DNA of 64,000 nt, from contig OZ176056.1 of assembly GCA_964247055.1 (NCBI GenBank), forward strand, positions 8,184,001-8,248,000. The letters run 5' to 3'. The DNA comes from Paragordius varius. Its lineage: Eukaryota > Animalia > Nematomorpha. A model generated the notes under the pieces. That model saw nothing but the letters and a program-made list of their open reading frames with translations, was not told where the DNA came from and did not search any database. Within the stretch, counting starts at the first letter, position 1, and each line of letters begins with the position of its first letter. Below are positions 11,601 to 22,204 of this stretch, piece after piece. Both the position numbers and the translations under genes were made by a program.

Positions 11601-14600
11601 TATAAAATATATGTGAATTATATATATAATATATATATTTTACAAATTTTATTAAATAAAGGATAAATAAGGTTTTAAAAAAGTATGTTTGTTATTTTGA
11701 AAAAAATATTTGTCTTTTAGTTCTACGTTTTGTCTGAAAAATTTCAATTTTTACTGTATATTCTATTAAAACCTTTAAAAATCTGAGGAACGTTTGTTTC
11801 TGCTGCCCCAACCACTATTGATTATATTGTATATTTATGCCAAAAAATACTTCTGGTTAAATAAGATGCTCCTTTTATAATATAAAATGAATATAGAAAT
11901 TATTTAATTTACTGGTAGTCAGAAATTCGGTTTCTACATTAAAAATTTTGGTATATATTAATATTTAGGATGCTATTTACAAAAAGGCTTAAATTATGCA
12001 ACACTTTTATACATTTATTTTGTAAGTCTTTCAAATTTATATGATTTTTTAAGAAAACTTTGATTGATTAAAAGTTACCTTCATTTATCATACTTGCTCC
12101 TGAGTAGTAAAATATATTAAAAAAAATATATTTACCTTGTTCAACTTCATAGGCAGCTAATCCAAATGTAATATATAGTTTTAATAATCTATATTTATAA
12201 AATTGAAGAATATAAATTACTTTCGACACGTGAATAGTATAAAAATATAGAAATTTATTTAAAACGTATCATAGAATAAATAAAATTCGCGAAGGGTTTC
12301 GGACATTTTAACGTGTGTCCGTCCTCAGCGTAAAAAAATATATAAAAATTAGTATGGATAAAATCCTGATCGTAAACATGTCAAACATGATGCTTAATGA
12401 CCATATGATCTCAATTTTAAATAAAGGCCTAAAATTTGCTATTTCTCCCTCAGTTGTGCCAGTAGAACAAATTATTTCAAACGTTGAAGCAGGTCTCTCT
12501 CGTATAGATCCAAAAATAGCTGACATCATCAGAATGCAAGTCGTATCTATCCTTAAGAACAACAAAGATGAAAGAAGGCGATCAAACATATCACGTGAAC
12601 AATATATAGCATTAAAAGAGTTGAAAAATAATAATGATATTTTTATTTCAAACTCTGACAAAGGAAACCAAGTAGTTATAATGAACTTGTTAGACTATAA
12701 TCAAAAAATGCAACATATTTTAGAAGATACATCCAAATATAAAAAGATCACACGATACCCTTTTAACACATTACACATAAATGTTAAAAAAATGATAAAA
12801 TCATCTCCCATTCCCTCACATTTACACAATTCGTTAATTCCTCAATGCCCTATTAATCCCAGTATGTATGGTGTCCCAAAGACGCATAAAACGGATGTTC
12901 CACTGCGTCCAATTGTATCCACCAAAAATTCATCTTTATATGGTTTGGCACAGCATTTATCAGAATATTTGCAACCCTTCTTAAAAAACAAATTAAAAAA
13001 TTCGTTTGAATTTATAGATAAAATAAGAGATATACAAGTAGCTGAAACCGATTTATTAATAAGTTTAGATGTGGAAAGCCTCTTTACCAGTGTACCCCTC
13101 AAGGAGTTAACCCATCTTCTTAAAGATTTAAAGGTGGATGCGAAATATATTTCCCTGATTGAATTTTGTATAAATAATAATTTTTTTGAATTCAATGATA
13201 ATTTTTACTTGCAGAAAGACGGGTTACCGATGGGTTCCCCAATTTCCCCCATTCTAGCTGATCTTTTTATGGAAACATTTGAAAATCAATTTATATTAAA
13301 TTATTTTTTAAAACCAAAATTTTATACCCGGTATGTGGACGATATGTTTATCATTTGGCCACATACAAGAACTGATCTCTCCTTATTTTTAGATTATATA
13401 AATTCGAATCCTTTTAACATACGGTTAACCGTCGAATTTGAGGCTAACCGATCACTACCATTTTTAGATGTTCTAATTACTCGAAATGACACAACATTGT
13501 CATACAGTTTTTATCAAAAACCCACTCATTCCAATACCTATTTACATAAAAGTTCTTACCACAACTCGTTACAAAAAAAGAATGTTTTGAAAAATCAAAT
13601 CTTTCGCCGGCTTAAACTGACAGATAATGCAAATAAGAATATTATAACAGAGCGTTTTGTGGAAACCTTTTTAAAAAATGGATATTCTGAAAACGATATC
13701 CATCGAGCAATTTTATCACTAAATAATACCCAAGAAAACACAAAAAATTATAAGTTTTTTATTTCATTACCATATATACAGAACATCACCGATCGTAATA
13801 GCTCACACTTTAAAGCAATTTGACATTGGTGTGGGGTTTAAACCAGGTCTTAAATTAAAAACTTTTTTATCAAATAATAATAAATCCAAATTAAATTATC
13901 CAGGGGTGTATAAAGTTCCATGCGAGTGTGGCAAGGTATATATCGGCCAAACCGCAAGGAAAGTTAAAACACGCCTGAATGAACACAAGTATAACATAAA
14001 GAATGGAGATTTTAAGAGTTGTATTGCGGAACATTGTTGGAAGGAAAATCATAATGTTTCCTTTGACAATGTCAGTTGCATTACAATTTTCAATAATAAT
14101 CAAAGGCTTACGCGGGAATCATTAGAGATTCTCAAAGGAAACAACTTTAACCGAGAGGAGGGACAAAAGATGAGTGATATATGGAAAGTCATTCTTGATG
14201 ATTGATCCCATATGGACTCTTTTGTTTTCCACTCAAAGTTGTTGTCCATTATTTATTTTTTTTTAGTATATGGTTATAAATTTAATTAATTGTTTGTTGA
14301 CATGGTTTAAACCACTCTCAATGACAAATGGTTTTAACTTATCATTTGTTAAGAGAAAAGAAACATCAATAAACGTTTTTAAAAATTGTATATAAAGCAC
14401 CATTTTATCCATACTAATTTTTATATATTTTTTACGCTGAGGACGGACACACGTTAAAATGTCCGAAACCGTTCGCGAATTTTATTTATTCTATGATACG
14501 TTTTAAATAAATTTCTATATTTTTATATTTATAAAATTCGAAAACCCAAATTTAAAAAATTTGAAGCAAAAAAAGTCAACTTCCAAAATAATATTTTTAA

Positions 14601-17600
14601 GAATGTTATGGGTAATTTAGGAAAAAAACTAGGCTGACTTAAAGTGAAAAGTATATTGCAAGTTAAAACGCTGTCTTAGGTTAGGGTGATTTTTAGCACA
14701 ATCATAATAATTTTTGTTCATAAATAATATTGTTTAAAAAGTGCAGTTATGAACAAGTGTATCAAAAATTTAATTTTATATATCGTGATTTGACGAGCTT
14801 TAAGGTTTCATACCTGAATATTGGTTAACCGATTTAAACCCAAAACCTATTCAAATGTATGGTATTATAACAGAATTTTTTTTTGCCTTATAAGGTTATT
14901 TTTTACCCTTTAAGAGCGATAGACATAAATGAATTGATTTACCAGTTGACAATTTTTAGTAATAAATATCATTGGACTAGTGAGCATCAAAATCACTTTA
15001 AACGTTTGCCATAAATTATGCTAATATCTGGCTTGAGTTATACTAAGAAAGTTATTTCAGCGCAAAATATTTTAAATTAAAACATCTTTTTTTATTGATT
15101 TTTATCTTTTTTTGTATATTCTTAAAAATTATCAATATTTTTTTGAAGAAATGGCGGGAAAAGCAAAAAATTCCGTTCGGCATAACAAAAATATTTTTAT
15201 TCCAGAAAATAATGGCATTCCATAATAGTTTTTTGTCCTTTTTACCGCTGATATATTTATCATAAAATTTTAATAAGTATTAATATATTAGAAAAATCGG
15301 CAAAACTGGAAAAATGCCCTTTTTAGCGGAATTTCTTAAAATATTATTGAGTATATTATACCTGATCTTAATTGCATAGAAACTAGTTAATATTATAATT
15401 AAAAATTATAAACATTGGTTTTTTATGCCATAAAAATGATCAAGGCAATTCACACTTTTATCTTTAATTATATAATTAATACCTGATTCATGGAGGCTTG
15501 CTCTAGCTATTGTTGTAAAAATTGAAACATAATTAAATCAAACAGTAATTTAAATTATACAGACAAAATGTAATACTAAAAGACAATTTTTATAAAAATA
15601 AAACCATACTAAACCTTAATATTTTGAAAAAAAATAATTCATAATTTTGGTTTGCAAAATCAAAAGAACTCGATTATAATTCAAAATCGTAACTAAGTTA
15701 TGAGGGAAAAAGTAAAGGTTTGAAAAAATATTGTTTTCTGCAAAAAAATTTGTCCTTTAGTTTTTACATTTTGTCTATATAATTTTAATTTTTATGATAA
15801 AATACTAATTAAATGCATAGAATACCCGTAGCAATCTCTTCCGGGGAATAGGATTTTTTGGGCATATCTATAGATATCATAAGGTAATGCGCAAAAACCG
15901 TAATTGTCTTCATCAAGTTTCGACTGTTTGGCTGGAGTTAAATCTTTTAAAAAATAGATTTTTAACACGCGTAAATTTAAAAATCAATATTTTCTCAATT
16001 AATTTTTTGAATTTTCTAATTTGGGCAACTAAATAAGAAGACAACTGATTAGCCAGAATTTATTATTTGGTAATAAAAAATGGTTTAAATCAGTGATTTT
16101 AGCCTGTTCGCATATACTCTATAATATACGGAAAGGAGAGGGGTCAGGGTGTATGAGAGAAATTTAAAAATTGGCCTCAATAAATTTTTAAATTATGAAA
16201 ATTGATGTTTTTCATTATATTTGGATATAGAAGGCGCCTTAAAATTACTTATTCTTTTTTTGATAATATCTGATAATACATTTATATCATGTTAGGAATT
16301 AAAAAACGGCAGAGAGCGAATATCAATATATGATAAATGAATTGAAGTTCGGAAAGATATATGTATAAAATATAAGAAAATTAGGTAGAGAAAAAATTAT
16401 AATCTAAATATTATATATAAACGGTAGCGCTAGAAATGTTAAACCGTTATATACAAATAAACAGAGAAATATGTATAATTTTTAAATAAAAACCCAAAAG
16501 ATATTGAAAGGGCCAAAACTTATTGCAAATTAAATGTGGTTAATTATATTTTTTGATATAATATATTAATCATACCATCTTCAGGAGTTTCTAAAACAAA
16601 TTATATATAATATATTTTACCTTCAGGCGCTGGTCTTTTTACTAATAAATATAAATTATATTTTGAATCTGTAATAATGAATGAGTTTCCTACCAAAAAA
16701 CGGGAGGGGGAGTGAAAATAATAACCAAATAATTTTTACGTCCAATATAAATATATTTTAAATATGCATAGTGTCAAAGGAGTCCAAATGTGATTCGGTT
16801 CCAATTTGAAAAATAAACCTAAAAATTGATATTAAACATTCAAATGTGTTTTGGGAGTATATCAGAAATGATACTTGGTATTTTAACAGATAATTCGATA
16901 ATTTATAAAGCATGATTTAACAAAGTATTTCACAAATCTTGCAAAATTTGTTTAAAGTTAAAACGTGTTAAAAATATGAAGAATTATTGTTTAGTGTAAA
17001 AGCGCTTAATTTTATACAGTGACTCATTAATATTTTTTAAAAATATTAACTCTTCTGAACCGGCCGGAAAGAAATATTAATTAGGTTCCTAATTTATTAA
17101 TTATTATACATTCTCATTTTATATATCGTATCTGTTAAAATTCTAAAGTCATTTTCGAATATACGTCAAAAACATCAGACTGCTAAATCAGTTTCTGGGT
17201 TCATTTTGTTATATGCAACGTAATCCTCAAATTATATTTTCTAACTTGTAATTCTGCTTAATTTTGTCATCCAAAAGTATTAAAACTCATAATACAGTTT
17301 AGACTCTCCCTTTCCTGCTATAATTTAAGTTTAAGGACTCAAAGGTATTAAAAACCACTTATGGCTGACAGTGATTATAGAAAATAGCGCAGTTTCAGGA
17401 ATCGAACTCTGACATATGTATAAAGTCCGGCGTACATCACTATACCATCACAAAATTAAAAAAAATACATGCAGATATAAAATATGAAAGAAAGATGGCA
17501 ATACTTAATTTGTATATTTTTGTTTATAATGAATATTACCGAACCCTTGATTGGGAAACATATTAAAATATTAAAAAACTTTTAAACAGAATCCCTTACT

Positions 17601-20600
17601 CCAATTCCGTATTTTTTCCACCCATTTTGTCGGGTGAGCGAAATTCCAATAATCAATTAATTTAAATTATATATTTATTTATAAAAATTAAGATTTTTAT
17701 TGGGTTTAAAAATTCATACGTGTGCCAGACGGTCCAGGTTGGGGATCATTCATTGCTGTGTAAAATAAAAAAAATTGTTAAAAAATTTAAAAATATTAAA
17801 ACGTTTGATGGTTGGTAATGAATGTATTATTTTTCTTCAAAGTAAGAGAAATATTATTGGCTCGATATAGAGTCGTTAAGGGTGAAATTAAAGTAGTGTA
17901 TACTTTTATAAATAAAAAAAAATAGTTACAATAAAACCAAGGAAAAAATAATTTACGCTTTCTTAAATACATTTGCATTTATTTTTTTGTCATTTGGTGA
18001 CAAGCTGATAATTCTATGTAAAAAAAATTTTGTTGCAATAAAACCGAGTAGCTAAAACATATTAAAATCCGTAGAATTGTAGATTTGACATTATTTTGAA
18101 TTGTGCCAGGCATACAAATGTCGGTCGCTATTACTTTTCAAGTATCTTTTTCTCCTTTTTTCCGTAACTTTGCTATTGGCATACCATAGATTTGCAAAAA
18201 AAACTTGGAGATTTATTAATTTTTATTTATAGATCTTACAGGAAGATGCTGCTCCCTCCAAGACCTGCACTACTCTTGAAGCAGTATTTACAGTTTGGTC
18301 GAGTGTGTTTGCACTGTTGGCTGCGGATGATAGACCCACTAAGAATAAAAAAAACAGCAATTGCAATAAAAAATATAATTTTTTACTAATCTAAAATTGA
18401 TAAAGAATTATATTCTACCCATAAGCCACAAATTGAAATATGGTTTCTTAATTTATAAAGAGCTTAAGAATATTCGGATCGTGAGAATGGATTATTATGG
18501 GAAGGTAAGTTATAAACTTTGATTTTTATTGATTTAAAATTAATTTGCCTGTTAAATATTGGCGGAAATGATAAAGTTAGATTAAAATAAAATTTTTAGC
18601 GGTGTTAAATAACTTTAAAGGGTTTAAAATTTATTACCTCCAACGATGCCTAAACGAAAAATATATATATATATGTATATATAAATAAATAGGCATACTT
18701 TTCATAATTAATATATATGAAGATTATATACTTGAGGTAGCTATTGATACATTTATATTGTATTTAATTAAAATGGAATATAAAAATTGTTTTACCTGCA
18801 ACTCCGATGGCTAAACGCGCAACACTTTTTGGTAAATCATTCTTTATTTGTTTTCTTTGCGGTCGTGTTTTCTTTCGAGCATTGCTCGTTTTATGTTTCT
18901 GTTCTGGTTTCTGTAATCCAAATTATTAAAATGTAATAAAAATAATATTAACTTTTAAGATTTAAATAATATTTTTGGTTTCTGAACATAAGTAACATGT
19001 TTGGAAGGTATTAAATCCGCAAAAAATATATAAATAGAAAAAGTCAAACTTTTTTGTGGCATTGTAAGATAATTTTTTAAGGGATTATATGATATATTTA
19101 GTTAAAATATCCAATTTATGGTATAATTGATGAAAAGCGACATCCAATATATTATCACTCCATTACCTTTTAGGATAATCATATATCCCAGAGCGATTCG
19201 AAATTTGAATATCAAAAAAGTATTTAAGGTATCAATTCGATTTAAAAATATGCTTTTTTTATTCTTTAAGCGGATTATGCAAAAAAAATTTTTTAATACT
19301 CGAAAATTGTAAAAAAATCCTCATCTCAAACTGTTTTACCGCCATTTTTTTTCGCTAATGCAACAGACAAATAAATATATATTAAGGTTAAAATTTAAAC
19401 ATCTAGAAGTCAAGCAAAAAATATAAGTTTTTTTATTTAATGCATCAGAAATTTAAAAATTAATTTTAGCTAAAAACTTCCAAAAATGTAACGAAAAGAT
19501 CTCTGGGATAAAAGAAAGTTAATCTAGGACAAAAAAGTGAAAAGGTATTGAATTGTTTAAAACAATTTTGTATTTTAAATAACAATTTCAGGAGTTAAAT
19601 TGCATTTGGCATATTTTATAAGTTAGCGGAATAATTTTTTTTGGCTGATGTTATCATGCGCTACAAATAAATAAATTGAACAATATTTGTAATAATTATT
19701 ATACCAAAGAGGGCATCACATCTGCATTTATATGCTACATATATTATTAGTTGATAAATAAACTTTTCTAGCGATAAAATCCAAAACGTCCTGTTAATTA
19801 GTAGATAATAATATTTTTAAATGCTAACCTGAGTATCATTCGCTAAATCACAAAAATAATTCAATGGGCTTCGATTCAAAAGTTTTATAAAGGGTGCAAT
19901 TAACTTTATTACCTCGAGGAATGTAAAGGATGAATAATTTATGAATTAAAAATTTTTAATAGACTTTTATTTAATTCTTAAATTCCTATATATTTTATTA
20001 TAATCTTTTTCGAATCATCCTAAGGGTCAAAGAAAAATTTAATATACCCGAACAATTCAATTTATTATTTCTATAATCTTAATTATTTAGAGCTTGCCGT
20101 TTTCTAGCCGTTTTATACAACTAAATTTTATTGGCATAATTTTTCAATATTCCCAAATAGCATATACAGCAAAGGGCATGGCATATAGTTATTTTTTTAC
20201 TTAACATTATTAGCCAATAATAAAACTTTTTGCTGCATAAGCTATTTGGCATAATAAATGAAAAACTAGAAATGTATGCTTACTCATACTGTAATTTGAT
20301 GATAAAACCATGTAAAAAAAATTTACCATTGTGAAGTATAATGACTGTCTCGTTTCCATTAACCACTATTAATATTACATATATTCATAAGTATGCTAAA
20401 TTTAATTTAAATATATAGAATAGAGAATACCACCGAATTTCTCTAATATATTGACGTTTGCATTTGTGATTAAATCTAATCCGTAGCAGTTTTTTTATCG
20501 ATATTATATATTAAAACCTAGACTATTATAAACTAATAAATCCTTACGACTTGTGTTAAAACAGTTTAAAAATTAAAAGGCGCAATATTTTGATAATTAG

Positions 20601-21169
20601 CCAAATTTAAAAATGTTTATATAGGAAAACTTTGTCAACTAATATATTTCTGGGCGCTCTGCTAAAATTAATGATTAAAATTTTGCGATAAAATTTAATA
20701 TTGACCAAAACCTAGCTCTAATTTGGGGTATTTTATTAATCTGCATGATACCGAAATTCCTGCTTGAATACATTTAACAGTCATATAATTGGGTCTTTTG
20801 ATTTCTAAAAGAGTTTATTGTTATCAAACACTTTTCTAGGCTGTTTGATGGAATAACGTATAAATTTTAAATTAATAAATGTTTTGAACTGAGTACGAAT
20901 TTGGTGATATACTAATTTTGGCCTTAATCCAATGTCACAACTTTTTGAACCGAAAATCCCTTTTAAATCAATTCTAAGACTCAATTAATGGTTAAAATGA
21001 TTTTCTGATTTTTAATTATTTATGCTAAAAATTTTGTTTTAAAAATACGTATCAAAAATGTATAAAATGTACTAAAATATTAAAAAAAAGTCTTACTAGC
21101 TTGAGACTTGGCGATACAATTAGCAAAGGCTCCATATAATACAATGAGTAGTAGACGCATTAAAAACAT
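8660..21169 (-). CDS. Micro-exon gene MEG-A: secreted protein of about 330 aa with a coiled-coil segment
   Basis: Signal exon 21169-21097 (MFLMRLLLIVLYGAFANCIAKSQA, donor GTAAGA). Then AG/GT-bounded open exons: 20911-20897, 20804-20772, 20532-20518, 20442-20431, 20365-20327, 19842-19829, 18910-18796, 18338-18240, 17755-17720, 16641-16621, 16590-16576, 16269-16249, 15506-15483, 15382-15362, 14846-14814, 12156-12136, 12099-12079, 11933-11913, 11871-11851, 11814-11773, 11577-11548, 11232-11221, 11182-11162, 11135-11115, 11086-11066, 11036-11016, 10975-10955, 10257-10237, 10039-10019, 9958-9938, 8831-8811, 8769-8755, and terminal 8694-8660 (EEQGEINVDER*). Joined CDS is 993 nt with no junction stops. 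Single-gene linkage is inferred. Confidence 0.72.
12286..12334 (-). ncRNA. Inverted copy of the PLE hammerhead-like motif (CUU instead of GUU)
   Basis: Minus strand reads CUGAGGACGGAC...GUCCGAAACCCUUCGCGAA. It differs from the 3' copy at 12294 (equivalent to 14471). Confidence 0.55.
12354..14205 (+). pseudogene. PLE reverse transcriptase / GIY-YIG endonuclease ORF with one +1 frameshift
   Basis: RT motifs LDVESLFT, QKDGLPMGSP and RYVDD. Endonuclease GVYKVPCECGKVYIGQT...RLNEH. Removing one A at 13797-13798 joins the two ORFs as DRIAHTLKQFDIGVGFKP. Confidence 0.92.
14431..14479 (+). ncRNA. Minimal hammerhead-ribozyme-like motif in the PLE terminal repeat
   Basis: CUGAGGA-C-GGAC(loop)GUCC-GAAAC-C-GUU-CGCGAA: core boxes, a helix II and a GUU triplet. 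Helix III is vestigial, as in PLE minimal hammerheads. Confidence 0.65.
17387..17452 (-). pseudogene. Degenerate tRNA-like / SINE-head fragment
   Basis: A-box-like TGGTATAGTG and B-box GAGTTCGATTC are correctly spaced, and the 5' part resembles tRNA-His. No intact cloverleaf. Confidence 0.35.
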
Positions 21170-22204
21170 TATTTGTTTCGTATAATGAAAAATTAGTTAT
21201 TAAATTTAATGTTTAGTTCCTTTTGCTGTCAAAATTGTGAATATACAAAACTGTAAACAAACTTTAATAATTTTAATTATTAACGAACCTTTATTTTATT
21301 TAGTACAAAGGGTATTTCATAGATTTACCTATTTAAAATGCAAGGCTGTTATTATTGCAATTAAAACTTGAACTTTAAAATTAAATGATTGATTATAGTG
21401 TTAAATAATCATTTGATAGTATAAACAATTTCGAGTGAACTAATTACGAAAATGATTTGTGCTTGTTTTAAGGCAATCGTATAAATTAATTTATGAAATT
21501 TGGTATTTTTCCCATTTTATCAGTAAGAACTTTTAGACTGTAAAGTTATATCAATATAAGAATCTCTAAAAGTATATACCTTGGTTTTAAAAAAACTTTG
21601 CATGAAATTATTTAACATCAGATTTATTAATTGTGACATATTTTTGGTATTGATTAATTATATTCATTCTTTCATGAAAAAATAACAATATTGGTCATTG
21701 GTAAACTTGCTATTCGAGAAAATGGAAATATTATAGAAGAAAGAATATCTTTAGCATTGTTTTATAAATTTTAACTAATAGCGATAGAAATTCCTTTGCC
21801 TGCAAGCACCACATTATTTACTATATTGATATATATTGCATTTTTAACACAATTTCGAACAAAATGATATAAATTCGATTAATAGACTTATAGTTGGGTG
21901 TTAACGATTATTAAAGTTGTTACCCGTAAAAATTTAAAGCCAGAACAAATCCTTAAAAACGTTACCTCGATTTTTTAATATGCCCTATAATTTGTTTCAT
22001 TCTCAAACATGTTTTAGACAAGTTATAAACCTAAACGGGATATAAATTTTTTTAACATCTCTTGCATATTAGGTGTTGATTTCATGAATATCAATCAATA
22101 TTTAGACACCCAAATATACACGGTACCAAAATTCTTTCTCTGCCCATTTCAAAGAAATTGTAAAATATACTTCTAATTTAGGTCAAATTTCATTAAAAAG
22201 AATG

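Larger units (their letters stand above)
12238..14527 (+). mobile_element. Penelope-like retroelement (Penelope/Poseidon type) with inverted terminal repeat
   Basis: Encodes RT plus GIY-YIG. 12238-12364 is the reverse complement of 14402-14527 (one substitution, one poly-T length difference). Lies in MEG-A intron 12157-14813, with its ORF antisense to MEG-A. Confidence 0.93.

Noticed and set aside
12190-12204. TATATTTATAAAATT repeated at 14524-14538 as a possible PLE target-site duplication
   Set aside because: It lies 33 bp from the left end and is low-complexity AT sequence, so it cannot be distinguished from chance.
12221-12241. Possible extra 21-nt MEG-A exon with a GTAATT donor, disrupted by the PLE
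   Set aside because: There is no AG acceptor on either side of the insertion.
12308-13195. Antisense ORFs over the PLE, and similar ones over the RTE, Gypsy and LRR exons
   Set aside because: These are shadow frames of real coding sequence on the opposite strand, with no independent motifs.
17051-17317. Three asymmetric exons (22, 18 and 38 nt) that together keep frame
   Set aside because: The sum is a multiple of three and open, but it needs three phase changes and one weak donor. Too speculative without reads.
18138-18172. Terminal exon (SKLRKKGEKDT-stop) after 18240
   Set aside because: It is possible as an alternative end, but the acceptor is weak and a strong in-phase exon at 17755-17720 continues the chain. 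Left out of the model.
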